Assembly: GCA_020891255.1 (NCBI GenBank)
Contig: BQFW01000011.1
Location: 744,001-808,000 of the forward strand
Length of the DNA: 64,000 nucleotides
Source of the DNA: Entomortierella parvispora E1425
Taxonomy: Eukaryota; Fungi; Mortierellomycota
Direction of reading: 5' to 3'
Shown: positions 24,321 to 35,169 of the stretch, piece after piece
Layout of the letters: the number at the start of each line of letters is the position of its first letter
How positions within the stretch are numbered: position 1 is the first letter of the stretch
The notes under the pieces: model-generated
The model's input: only the letters and a program-made list of their open reading frames with translations
Told to the model about the DNA's origin: nothing
Database searches by the model: none
Made by a program: the position numbers and the translations under genes

Positions 24321-25807
24321 CTACGACTTTCGGGGAGGCGCTTTGACTGGTAAATCCAGAGCCTCCAAGTACGTGCGCTGTTCGTCTACTATAGCCTGCA
24401 ACTCCATTTGGAGAATACGGTCCCTTTCTATCGGGTCTGAAAGAAACTGGATCATGTCAAGATCCTCCAACTTGAAATCTGCTCTCTGTCGTCGTTTTGT
24501 AATGCTCTTGTAGAGTGGGTGCCGGACTGTCGCAGGTGGAGGGCTTTGGACTTGCCAGGACTGTAGGGAGGAAGCATAGGTCCTGTATTCACTGGACGAC
24601 ATACTAGAAGAAGATTCATCCGATTCGTACGCGTCCATGTCGTTCTTGACCCTTTCATAGGCGCGCATCTCAGTGATGAGCCAGTCCAACCTCTTTTCGC
24701 GGTACGAGAGAAGTTCCAAAATGGTGGTCGCCCGAGCAGCCATCCGCAGCTGTCGGAACATATCGGATTGCATGCCGGTAATAGCCCACCGTGAGATGCA
24801 AGCCATCGAAAAGTGCATCGTCGCGAGACAGATTGTGGGTGCAAGTGGAAATAGCAGTGTTGGAATGAAGGAGCCGCTGGGAGGTGATGGCGTTGGATTT
24901 GTGCTCGAATTGGGAGCGAGTCCCCAAGGGACAAGTGAGGACCTGGGAAGAAGGAAGGAGCTGATTTTGTTTCCGATCCATCGTCCATATGTGAAAATCC
25001 AGGAACCATACCGAGCAAAGGAGTTGGTCGAGACAAAATAACGAACAGCCACCAGGCTTCCAAGACTGAAATACAAGAAAAAAGGGACATTTAGTTCCTG
25101 TGGAGCGCGTTTTCTTGACAGGTGAGGCGGGTGCGGCAAATCTCTGACTTACATGGTGGATGTTATCACGTTATAGTGCATGTCGAGGAAGGTGCGATCA
25201 ATGCTGGTAAGGAAAGTAATGGCTGTTGTCTTGATGGACTCGCGACCAGCCCGACTGCTTTTGTACAAGTTGCGTATCCGTTCCAATTCAGCTTTTTAGA
25301 CGATTTGTAAGGGAGAGGGTTGGTTAGGTAAGTAAGGTCATCAGTCAGTCCTCCAGAAAAGATAGAGCGATGGATGCGCATCCTCTCTGCAACAACACGC
25401 ATACCTGTTTCGATCGTGTGCGCATTCAGGGTTGGTAGGTCGTGTTCTTCCTCACTGGACCACTCATCCATGCTGGATCTGCTATTATTATAAGAGGACG
25501 AAGATCGTCTCCTTGCCCGAGCCAGTCCAGACAGCCTTCTGCTCTGCTGAAGGCGTTGTTGCGAACGGTCGTTCAGTCGCCGAAGGAGAGGCGTGATCTC
25601 GGTTATGAGGTCAGAGAAGTGACTGAGGTTTCCGAGTGAGTGTCGGAGGAGTAGTCGCTGAGTGCGGTCGTAGCTGGTATTGAATTCTGAGCAGTAGCCG
25701 CGCGTGAAGAGGTAACTGCGGTGGCAAAGGTGGACATGCACCATGGCCGCCAGACCATGGCCAAGCGAGAGGTGGAGAAGCGATGTCCCTTCGGGCGATG
25801 TAGACAT
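24321..25807 (-). CDS. Hypothetical membrane protein, about 2 exons
   Basis: Two long same-strand ORFs separated by an intron-like gap; hydrophobic segments (FFLYFSLGSLVAVRYF; LLFPLAPTICLATMHFSMACIS); no family recognised. Confidence 0.55.
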
Positions 25808-25822
25808 TGAAGAGGATGTAAG

Positions 25823-25955
25823 GAAGGATGGAAGGATGGAAGGATGGAGGGATGGAAGGAAGGAAAGAAGAATGGAAAGGAGGAAGGAAAGGAGGAAGGA
25901 AAGGAATGAAGGAAGGAGAGAAAGGAGAGAAAGGAGAGAGGTACAGGCAAGGCAA
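25823..25955 (+). repeat. Homopurine (GGAA/GAAG-type) low-complexity tract
   Basis: aggaaggatggaaggatggaaggatggagggatggaaggaaggaaagaagaatggaaaggaggaaggaaaggagg..., almost pure purine. Confidence 0.85.
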
Positions 25956-26443
25956 GGCAAAGCAATGGTGCCATCCCAACAGCATGCGGACGACCACTGC
26001 TTGCATCGCAGTCACAACGCGCGCTCTTGCCACAAAGAGGGAAGATCTCTCCTCTTCTCCTCCTCTTCCCCATCATCCCCATTCCTCCCATTTCTTCTTC
26101 TTCTTCTTCTTCCCACAGCCACTCGTCCTCTCATCTCTGTCGCTGCTCATCCTCATCTTGACCATCGGGCCTTGTAAGCAACTGCCCCTCACAAAGGGCC
26201 AACTGACGAACATGATCTTCCCCACTCCATCCGAGGGGTCTCATGTGTTTCTCTTCTTTTTGCTCTCTTGCATACCACGCATATGCTGTTCTCCCTTTGC
26301 TCAAACCGCGTATTGTTGTTCTTTGCTCTAGAATCAAGCGAGGTTTGCTCTCCCTTTCTCGTCGTCTGTTCCCACGCAGACCTCCACTTTCTTTCTGTCC
26401 TCTCCCAAGAGGACTTCATAGTCACTCCTACCCCCCCCCCCCC

Positions 26444-29400
26444 ATGGAGGACAGCGCCGAGAACTTGCCGCTGGACTTGATTCTGGATAGGGCCGCAGCA
26501 GCCTTCAAGGACGCGGATTTTTTCGAGTCCGGGCTCCTGTTCTGGACTGCGGTCCTCGATCCCCGCTCCGCCGACGATTCTGCTCAAGCCCTCGCCCTCG
26601 CCTTGGACCTCGAGCAGGAACTGGGTCTGGATGTACAAGCAGAGGATCCTATTGAACTCTCATACCCACCCCAGCCTGCTCACCACCACCTCAGGATCCA
26701 TGCAGGCACCATATCTGCCTTCCAGACCCATGTGGTCACCGCACTTTGTTATCTGGCGCGTCATATCAATGTTCGGATCGACATTCTTCCCTCGGGTCAG
26801 GATACCCTTACATCCATGGGTCCTCCTCAACGCGTCTATGGATCGTTGACCGATGCGCAAAAGGAAACCTACCAAGATCTACTCGCCATCATCCTCGCCA
26901 CGTCCACGGAACTCACCCTCAGACAACAAGACGAAAACGAAGGTCCTCAAGAGCAGCTGGCCTATGATCGTCAACTGGAAGTTCAGCAGAATGGGATTCT
27001 CGGAAACGAGGCCACCAGAGCCTCATGGCAGGCCATCTTGCCTCAGAAGCATACCCCTCACAGTTTACCCCGCTTCTTTTCCTTTCTCAACTCGAGTTCT
27101 TGCACGGTCGCTGGATGTTCTGTCCCCAGGAATGAGCAGGACATTGATGCCCTCCATCAGGTTGGATTCAACCTTGTCATCTCTCTTATGAAAGAGTCGC
27201 CTCTGCCACCATCCTGGTTCCACAAGGATCAGGTTCCAAAATCCATCAAGAACGCCTATGTACCGATCGAAAACAGAAAGGCTCCTTCCTTTCCAGAGGT
27301 CTTTGAGGTTCTCATGGGTTGGTGTGTTCGGACTGGCAACTTGGCAAGCGAGGATGACGAGGGACCCTTTTTTGATCATCAGAGAGCGACTCTTATCCAT
27401 TGCGGCGGCGGTAAAGGCCGAGCTGGCATCGTCTTGGCTGCCCATTTGATTCGATTTGGACTGGTCGGACATGAGCGACGAGGATACTGTCGGGAGTGCA
27501 TACGTCAGGAAAACGTCCATCCTTTTGATCTGGAGCAATTCCGGAGAGGGCTTGGAGACCAGGAGACTGCAGCTTCCAGCTTGCCAGACGGCTGTTTGTC
27601 TGCCTCTATTGACGGAAACGAGAGCGAAGATGACGACGCTGAGGATGAAGAGCCATTGGAGTACGACTTACCAGGAGTCATTGTCGCGAGGAAACAGAGT
27701 CAATGCTTGAACCGATTCGAACCAATGATGCCCGCCAAGGATGCAATGGTACACCTAAGGAACCTTCGACCTGGAAGTATAGAGACTACGGAGCAGGAAA
27801 AGTCAATCAAAGCGTATAGCGACTGGCTCTGGAAGCGCTCTTCCTTAAGAGCCTCTGCAAAAGCAAAGTCTGCAAAGACAACAGCAGCAACTTCATCTGA
27901 ACATCAGGATCTCAACAGCACGGCACCCAAGCCCAATGGTGCATCTGATCGGACCAAGGGCAAGAAGAACAAGACCAAGGACAATACACCGAAACATCAG
28001 CCGGCCACACATGGCGATGGCGAGGAAGACAACTTATCGGACGATGACTTTGACCGAGGTCGAAAATCAGGGAAAAAGGGCAAAAAAGGAAAACAAATGC
28101 CACATGAGGAACCCAAGATCTTTGTACCTCCACCAGCAGACAAGATCATTCGCATCCCTGGAAGTGGCAAAGGATCTCACCACCAACACCATCTTGTGGT
28201 CCAGCACAATATGAGGGCACGACAGCTCCAACGGGGTCAAAAATCCAAAAAGGGAGGCGGCAACAACAACAAAAATTCAAAGGAACGGCCTTCATTCTCG
28301 GTCACTGGATCTCCTCTGGACACTGCACCCAAACTGGTCATTCTTACTGGACTTCCTGGAAGCGGCAAAAGTCATGTTGTCACCACACTTCTTCAGGAAT
28401 ACCCCGAGCATTTTGTCCGCATCTCTCAGGATGAGCTGGGATCGCGCGCAGTTTGCGAACGATTATTGGCACAAAGTATGAGGCATCAGCAGCAATCTCT
28501 GGCGATCCGAGGACCCAAGAAGGCCTTGCCAATGACAATTTTCGTGGACCGGTGTAACCCGACCATGGCTCAGCGCAAGGAATGGTACGAGGTTGCGTTC
28601 CAGCCGGATGAGGCAGCCATGGTGTGGTTCTCGCTCGGTTTGGAAAAATGTGTGGAAAGGGTCGACTCTAGGGAGGGCCATCCAACAGTCGCACCAGGGA
28701 TGGGGGGCAAGGTTGTCCGCAGTTTTGCTAAAGGATTCGAGTTCCCCAACCTTTCCAAGGAGAACAGTTGGTGCAAGACGCTCGTGGAAGTGGGCGACGA
28801 TGATGGAAGTGACCAGCTGTTGGATATCTTTAGAGCGTTTGCACAAACCATTCCCGGATCATCCAAGACTGCATCACCCAGCGGCGAGGCAACCGTGATC
28901 AAGGCTCGACCGGCGTTTATTCCCGCCAGAGTTTTGCAAAGAAAGAACATTGGCCCAGGAGCTGGTCTCTTTGAATCTGGACCAAGCTCTGGACATTCAA
29001 GTTCTAACCTTCCGCTTTCAGGGGGCATGGAGAGCGTTGAGGAAGAGTCGGATGAGGAAGATGAGGAAGAGGAAGCTGACGAGGAAGAATCTGAGGGCAG
29101 TGAAGATGAGCAGGAGAGCGATGAGCAGCCAAGCCCGGATGAAGCTGACGAAACGATGACCCCTCCCGAGACAACAGCAGAACTAGAACCAGCACCGCCT
29201 TCGACGATATCCATCACCAAGGCTCTCCAGTTTGCTGCCCTTACAGGACAACGACCTGCGGTCAAGAAACCAGCCAAAGGAAGTTGGAACGGTACCGCTG
29301 CAACGAGCTCTTCTGATTCAAAAACCACAGAAAGCGGCGCTGCCTCGCCCAAGGGTGTGTCGTTCGCGCCTCAGCTCTCGACTTTTGACCGACCTCTCCA

Positions 29401-30538
29401 AAAGTTCCCCAGGACTCCTCATCTTTTCGATCCTCTGACGATTTTGGAGAGCTGGCAACAAGAGACGGGTCATGCTCTTCAAGCGCCCCCAGCCGAGGAT
29501 GTCTATGTGCCTGACGGTCATGGAGGGCGAAGCATGGCAATTAGTCGATCGGATCTGTTACTACCGGCCTCGGCTCTTCGCCAGGTCTTTGCGCCCAAGG
29601 CCCATCAGGTTTTGACGGTGGAGGAAAAGATGGACGGTGCCAACATTGGCTTCAGTGTGTTGCATTTCAAAGGCGTGATGGGATTTGCAGGCAGTCGAGG
29701 CGAAAATGGCTCCACCACACCCGGGCCTCCTCCCAAAATCCGAGTCCAGAACCGAAACCACTTTGTGCACCCGGATGACCATTGGCAGTTCAAGAAACTG
29801 AACAGCTGGCTTGAGAATCATCGGGAGGATATCCTGTGGCTTTGCGAAGGTGGCTGGCGCTATGGCAACCGGAAAAAGAGCAGGAGATCCAATGGCGAAG
29901 GCGAAGAGGACGAAGAGGAAGACGAAGAGACTTTGACGGACCACGACGCTGAGGAATCGTCCGAGGAAGCGGTCGAGGTAGAAGAAGGTGTCGATGATGG
30001 TGATTGGGAGGACGAGGAGGAGAGCGAGTACGTGGACGAAGATACGGTATTGCAGGACGGTATGGCTCCCTATGTCCTCTATGGTGAATGGCTCTACGCG
30101 AAACATTCCGTCCAGTACACCGGTCTGAGGTCCTGGTTCATCCCATTTGATCTCTTTGATGTCAAGACTGGCACCTTTGTCTCCAGACAGCTCTTCCACC
30201 GCGCCATTGGTCAGACAAAGCTCGTCCAGATCCCGACTCTCACCATTCCAAAGGAGGTCTATGGGGATGTCGAAAAGACGCTTTTGTGGACACTTCAGAA
30301 GCTGCACAGTCGCTCAATTTTGATGAGACCACCCAAGGAGGATGTGGAGATGGGTGGTGGTGAAGACAAGAAGAAGGCAGCAGCGCAGTCGGGCACCCGG
30401 GTTGAAGGCCTTTATTTCCGTATCGACCAGGGTGACAGACTACTCACCCGTTGTAAAGTCGTCCGGCCGGATTTCATTGCTGGCGAGGAGAGATGGGGCA
30501 CCAAAGAGCAAGTCGCGAACCAAATCCTGTACAATTAG
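26444..30538 (+). CDS. Multidomain RNA end-repair protein: DSP/PTP-fold phosphatase + polynucleotide kinase + RNA ligase ('Swiss-army-knife' type), intronless
   Basis: IHCGGGKGRAG (HCX5R); GLPGSGKS Walker A with SQD and VDRCN; KFPRTPHL, EEKMDG (motif I), LYGEW (III), FIPFDLFD (IIIa), VEGLYFR (IV), RCKVVRPDF (V). Confidence 0.9.
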   Translation: MEDSAENLPLDLILDRAAAAFKDADFFESGLLFWTAVLDPRSADDSAQALALALDLEQELGLDVQAEDPIELSYPPQPAHHHLRIHAGTISAFQTHVVTALCYLARHINVRIDILPSGQDTLTSMGPPQRVYGSLTDAQKETYQDLLAIILATSTELTLRQQDENEGPQEQLAYDRQLEVQQNGILGNEATRASWQAILPQKHTPHSLPRFFSFLNSSSCTVAGCSVPRNEQDIDALHQVGFNLVISLMKESPLPPSWFHKDQVPKSIKNAYVPIENRKAPSFPEVFEVLMGWCVRTGNLASEDDEGPFFDHQRATLIHCGGGKGRAGIVLAAHLIRFGLVGHERRGYCRECIRQENVHPFDLEQFRRGLGDQETAASSLPDGCLSASIDGNESEDDDAEDEEPLEYDLPGVIVARKQSQCLNRFEPMMPAKDAMVHLRNLRPGSIETTEQEKSIKAYSDWLWKRSSLRASAKAKSAKTTAATSSEHQDLNSTAPKPNGASDRTKGKKNKTKDNTPKHQPATHGDGEEDNLSDDDFDRGRKSGKKGKKGKQMPHEEPKIFVPPPADKIIRIPGSGKGSHHQHHLVVQHNMRARQLQRGQKSKKGGGNNNKNSKERPSFSVTGSPLDTAPKLVILTGLPGSGKSHVVTTLLQEYPEHFVRISQDELGSRAVCERLLAQSMRHQQQSLAIRGPKKALPMTIFVDRCNPTMAQRKEWYEVAFQPDEAAMVWFSLGLEKCVERVDSREGHPTVAPGMGGKVVRSFAKGFEFPNLSKENSWCKTLVEVGDDDGSDQLLDIFRAFAQTIPGSSKTASPSGEATVIKARPAFIPARVLQRKNIGPGAGLFESGPSSGHSSSNLPLSGGMESVEEESDEEDEEEEADEEESEGSEDEQESDEQPSPDEADETMTPPETTAELEPAPPSTISITKALQFAALTGQRPAVKKPAKGSWNGTAATSSSDSKTTESGAASPKGVSFAPQLSTFDRPLQKFPRTPHLFDPLTILESWQQETGHALQAPPAEDVYVPDGHGGRSMAISRSDLLLPASALRQVFAPKAHQVLTVEEKMDGANIGFSVLHFKGVMGFAGSRGENGSTTPGPPPKIRVQNRNHFVHPDDHWQFKKLNSWLENHREDILWLCEGGWRYGNRKKSRRSNGEGEEDEEEDEETLTDHDAEESSEEAVEVEEGVDDGDWEDEEESEYVDEDTVLQDGMAPYVLYGEWLYAKHSVQYTGLRSWFIPFDLFDVKTGTFVSRQLFHRAIGQTKLVQIPTLTIPKEVYGDVEKTLLWTLQKLHSRSILMRPPKEDVEMGGGEDKKKAAAQSGTRVEGLYFRIDQGDRLLTRCKVVRPDFIAGEERWGTKEQVANQILYN

Positions 30539-30787
30539 TCCGTTGACGTTTCTGAACAAAAAAAAAAAGTATTTGTTTTTCAATGGCCATATGGATTTTA
30601 TTTTTCCAGTTATGCTTTGCATTGACTGTTGAGGTGGTTGAGATACTGAGTTCTTCATCCTTGAGAGCGCCAGTGCAGCAGGGCGAGGTATGGAGAGCGA
30701 AGAAAACGGATATTGAACAATTTGTACAAGGAAAAGATCATGGTGTCGATCCTACGGTTCAATGGGTGAACTGATCCTGTGCGGTCC

Positions 30788-32508
30788 TTACGGCTGCTCC
30801 TGTTGGGTGAAATGTGTAAAAAAAGGGAACATGAGGTCAGTCAAGAGTAAAACAGATTGACCTTTTTTCCCAGTGAAGGAGGACGAGAGAGTATTTTAAA
30901 AAAAATCCTTACCGATTCCCAGAGGGCGGCCATGCCCATGCCAGTACCAATACACATGGTGGTGCAGCCAATCTTGGCATGCTGTCGTTTCATCTCGGGC
31001 AACAAGGTTGCAATCTGGCGGGCGCCTGTGCAGCCCAAGGGATGGCCCATGGCGATGGCACCTCCAACGGGGTTCACCTTCTTGATATCCAAGCCCAATT
31101 TCTCGATGGTGTACACGGCCTGGGAGGCAAAGGCCTCGTTCAGCTCAATGATATCAATGTCCTTGATCTCAATTCCAGCCTTCTTACAAACGGCGGGAAT
31201 AGCATAGGCAGGTCCAACACCCATGATCCTGGCAGGGCATCCGATGACAGCCGAGGTGATGTACTTGCCCAAGATGGGGAGTCCCAAGCGATGAGCGGTT
31301 TTGCGCTTCATCAACAAGACAGCAGCAGCTCCATCCGAGACCTGGGAGGCGTTTCCAGCGGTGGTCGAGCCTCCAAAGGCGGGTCTCAATTTCGAAAGGG
31401 ACTCTTCCGTGGTGCCGTCTCGAATACCTTCATCCTTGGAGATGGTGACCTCCTGTGGATTGTCGTCCTTGTCCAGGACAGTGGTTTTGACGGGGACAAT
31501 CTCGCTGTCAAATTTGCCCTCCTTCTGTGCCTTGGCGGCCTTCTGGAAGGAGAGAGCTGCAAAGGCGTCCTGCTTCTTGCGGTCAATGTTGAAATCCTTG
31601 GCTACATTCTCTGAGGTGATTCTGGCGAGAGGAAGAGGAGGAATAGAAAGGAGAAGAGGAGGAGAGGAAAGAAAGGTTAATTTTTTCAGGAGTGAAACGA
31701 CCAAACTACTCCTGAGGCAGAAGGGAAAAAAAAAATCACACGTTAATTTACCCCATCGGCATCTGGCAATCGGCAGCCGCTTGACTGGCCTCTGGGATCT
31801 TTTGCGAGACCTGGGCGGCCATGGCGGAGGGGCCGTACCCCATGGTCATGGACTCGACACCGGCGCCAATGCCGATGTCGATCAAGCCGGTCTGGATATG
31901 GGTTGCAATGTTGACTACAGCTTGGAGACCTGAGGAGCACTGACGGTTTGTGGTGTAGATCGAGGTCGATTCGGGGTATCCTGCATAGAGAGCAGCCATG
32001 CGTGAGACGGTGGCCCCTCCAGCGGCCTGCAGGACATTTCCGACACAGATGTCGTTCACGATCGAGGGATCGATCTTGGTCCGGTCCTTGATGGCAATCA
32101 AGACTGCAGCCAAAAGGTCCTCGCTGTTGTTGAGTTTTCAAGGAAGAGTGAGGACGAAAGAAGGGAGGGAGAGAAGACAGAAGAGGTAGAGATGGTCACA
32201 GGTGAGTTACGGATGCAGACAGAAGTATGAAAGGCGCCAGTGCGCACTGGCCACTTGCATGCGCACGCCGAAAAAAGTCCGCCCGTCTCTGATCCTGTCT
32301 TTTTTCCCACGAGAAAGTTATTGCTCAAGGGGTGGCAGACTTACGGAACAGTGTCCTTGAAGCCTCCTTTCTTGCCTCGGGTCATGGCCGTTCTCACGGC
32401 ATCGACAATGACCACATCATCGGGCGATTTGACGCCGATCTTTGTGGGAATCTCGGAATGCCCCACATGGAGGTGGGACGAGATCTGAGAGAGACGGTTG
32501 GAAGCCAT
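30788..32508 (-). CDS. POT1: 3-ketoacyl-CoA thiolase (peroxisomal type), multi-exon
   Basis: PTS2-like RLSQISSHL N-terminus; TNRQCSSGLQ, GAGVESMT, NASQVSDGAAA, ELNEAFASQ, VNPVGGAIAMGHPLGCTGARQ, CIGTGMG. Confidence 0.93.
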
Positions 32509-33300
32509 GTTTTTGTTTTTTCTGTGATGTATTTCCTGTGTTATCTGATTTTGATTTTTTGTGGTCCGGGGAAGGGTTGTGGAGCAAGGTTGTGTTTGTT
32601 GGAAAGGTTGTTTCCTGGTGCTTGTTGGAAAGGTGGATGGGGAACAAGAGGAAAAGAAAAGAAAAAAAACTCGACCTATGGAGGGAGCGAATGGCTTGGT
32701 CATCCTTCGCGCAGTCACGCTCGGGAAGGAAATCAGCCGCGTTGAGAGTTCAGACAAGGTTTTCTCATCTTTTTCGCTCTGGCGCATGTTGGTCTTCCCT
32801 CCTTTCCCCGTGCTCGATATGATCGAACCGAACCCTCGAGTCAGCTAGGTGAACTCCCATGGTCACGATCACTACCATGGCCATGGTCCATGACTGTAAT
32901 TGATCGACCCCTTACGTGAGGGCATGCCGAAGAAATATGTGCTCGTTCACACACAAACAACACGCGATCGTTCGAATCGCGATAAAGACCGACCAAATGC
33001 AAACACAGCCTGCGCAAACGGACCTTGATCGCTGTCCGACAGTTTGTGTGCTTCTACCCTTCACCTCACTATAGTGAAGAGACTGGGGTGTTTTATGGCT
33101 AAACCTGTCACATGGGGCTAGACAGGGGCCCGAACCTGTGGATGTTATCTGTTGATCCAAGTTAGGATGTACCGATCGGAGGTTTATACAAGCCAAAGAA
33201 GGGTATGAGAAGCCGCTGCAGGTACCACCTATTAATTCCCCAGAACTATCAGAATGCCATGGAATGGTTTTTGAAGGCTGCTGATCAAGGACAGGCCGAT

Positions 33301-33578
33301 TGTCACAGAGATGGTCATCTCTGACCTTGGTCACATGACACTAGCCCTCTCTGGATAGGACGCGATGGTTCTAGATCTCTCCATAGCTATAGAACGGCGC
33401 CTAGGATTACTAAGGACTTCTAGAAGAGTCTTCATAGCTCAATATATAGAAGATATAGCACGACAACGAATAAACATCATCAATTACTTACCAGAATACG
33501 ATCACCCTGACCCTGTTTCCCTGACCTGATCTCTTCCTTTCCGCCCGTTCCAGATAAACTTTGCCCAAGTTTATTACA
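33301..33578 (+). repeat. 5' LTR (278 bp)
   Basis: Starts TGTCAC, ends TTACA, contains TATA-like aatatataga and AATAAA; tRNA-iMet-type PBS TGGTAGC at 33579-33585. Confidence 0.8.
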
Positions 33579-33755
33579 TGGTAGCAAAGGCAAACCCTGT
33601 TCTACCCCACACCTGAAATCCTAGTACTAGCCTGGCCTCCAGAAAAGGCAATGCATTCCGCTCTTTCCGTAACCTTGCCCCGGCACCCGACTCATCAGAC
33701 GAATCCGAACCTCCGAGCCCTACCTCCTCTTCCTCATATAATCCCAAACAACACA

Positions 33756-34565
33756 ATGACCACCGTTTCCCCCGAATCTATCCTTCGAGGTCTCCGCCCC
33801 GAACCGTTCGACGGCAAGCACCGAGACCACCGGGCGGAAAACTGGTTCATCCGATTCGAATGCTACTGCAACGCAGCTCAAGTCTCTGCACAAGGACAAG
33901 ACCGCATCACCTTTGCCAGTCTCCTACTGACAGGTGTCGCATCCCAATGGTTTGAACAACTTGGCACAATCACAGCTACAACGACCACTGATGGAAAACA
34001 CATGTCAGCCTACGACGTGTTCAAGAACAAGTTCCGTCAGCGCTTCATAAACGCAAACGATTCATTTGACGCTTTCGATCGTATCAGAGAATTACGACAA
34101 AAGCGATCTGTCAACGAATACGTTATACAGTTCAAACAACTCCGCAGCCGCCTTTCGAATTTTGACAACGAGCTAGCCGTTAAATTCTTTCGAAGTGGCC
34201 TCAAACCCGAGCTGCGCCAACTTGTTGACAACCACCCCGAGATCGCCGAGAATGATATCAACGGCCTAATCTCTCTCGCTGAGCGATTGGACCGAATGAA
34301 ATATGAACGTCCCCATTATTTTCAACCCCGGAATTTCCACAAGCCCCAACGAATGACTTCGAACCAGGAAGTCTACCCCCAACCTATGGACCTGGATGCT
34401 ATCCAAGCCCACCCAAACTCCCGTTCCAAGCTCCAACAACCATCAAACAAGACTAAGGAAACTGACTTTGCGAAAGGCAATTGTTTTTATTGTCACAAAC
34501 CTGGTCATCGTATCAATGATTGCCCCGAGCGAAATAAGAAGTCGGTAAACTTCAGAGAGAATTAG
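33756..34565 (+). CDS. Retrotransposon Gag
   Basis: PEPFDG...NWF, LLLTGVASQWF, LRQKRSVNEYVIQF, FFRSGLKPELR, PQPMDLD, CFYCHKPGHRINDC. Confidence 0.9.
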   Translation: MTTVSPESILRGLRPEPFDGKHRDHRAENWFIRFECYCNAAQVSAQGQDRITFASLLLTGVASQWFEQLGTITATTTTDGKHMSAYDVFKNKFRQRFINANDSFDAFDRIRELRQKRSVNEYVIQFKQLRSRLSNFDNELAVKFFRSGLKPELRQLVDNHPEIAENDINGLISLAERLDRMKYERPHYFQPRNFHKPQRMTSNQEVYPQPMDLDAIQAHPNSRSKLQQPSNKTKETDFAKGNCFYCHKPGHRINDCPERNKKSVNFREN

Positions 34566-35169
34566 ATACCTCTGGAGATCTGGTGGGCCATCCCGAACCT
34601 GAAAACCCGAAAACTCCAGAACCATCTGTTCCGAAGAGTCCTGTTTCTATTCCCGAACCTATGGAAAAGAAAACAAAGATCAAGAACATGCCCACCCAAG
34701 TACAAGAGTCACAAGAAAGGAAACTTGTGAATGACCAAGAACTCCTGAAGCAATTGAGATCGAAGCTGAACTTCCACTCGATGCAGTCTGAACCCGAACC
34801 CGAACCCGAACCCGAACCCCACCTGAACCAAGTATCCGACAAGAATAACGAAGAGTCCATGACATCCAAACCGTTATTGTACCTGCCCGCTAAGATTAAG
34901 CATGCCAAAGTACACTTCATGATTGACAGTGGCGCTTCAGGCAATTTCCTGAGTCAGGACCTCGCCCGACACCTAAAGCTGACGACTCACAAATTCAAAA
35001 CGCCCCGAAGTATCACTTTCGCCGATGGTCGCGAGTCCCACACCATCCAGCGATACTGCCTCCTGAAAATCCCGTTCAGTCCCGAATATCAGCCGATATT
35101 ATTATTCTCCATAGCTCAAGTTGCCCATGGAGCCTTCCTTGGACAAACCTGGCTACAATCCTCAGGTGG
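34544..35169 (+). CDS. Truncated Pol (aspartic protease) in the -1 frame relative to gag
   Basis: The -1 frame is open from GGTAAAC (GKLQRELDTSGDLVGHPEPE...) to VHFMIDSGASGNFLS...AFLGQTWLQ. Confidence 0.8.

Larger units (their letters stand above)
33301..35169 (+). mobile_element. Truncated Ty3/gypsy LTR retrotransposon (5' LTR, PBS, gag, protease; RT/RH/IN and 3' LTR absent)
   Basis: TG...CA-bounded LTR 33301-33578 followed immediately by PBS TGGTAGC; gag with CCHC knuckle; DSG protease; abrupt return to Sel1 sequence. Confidence 0.9.
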
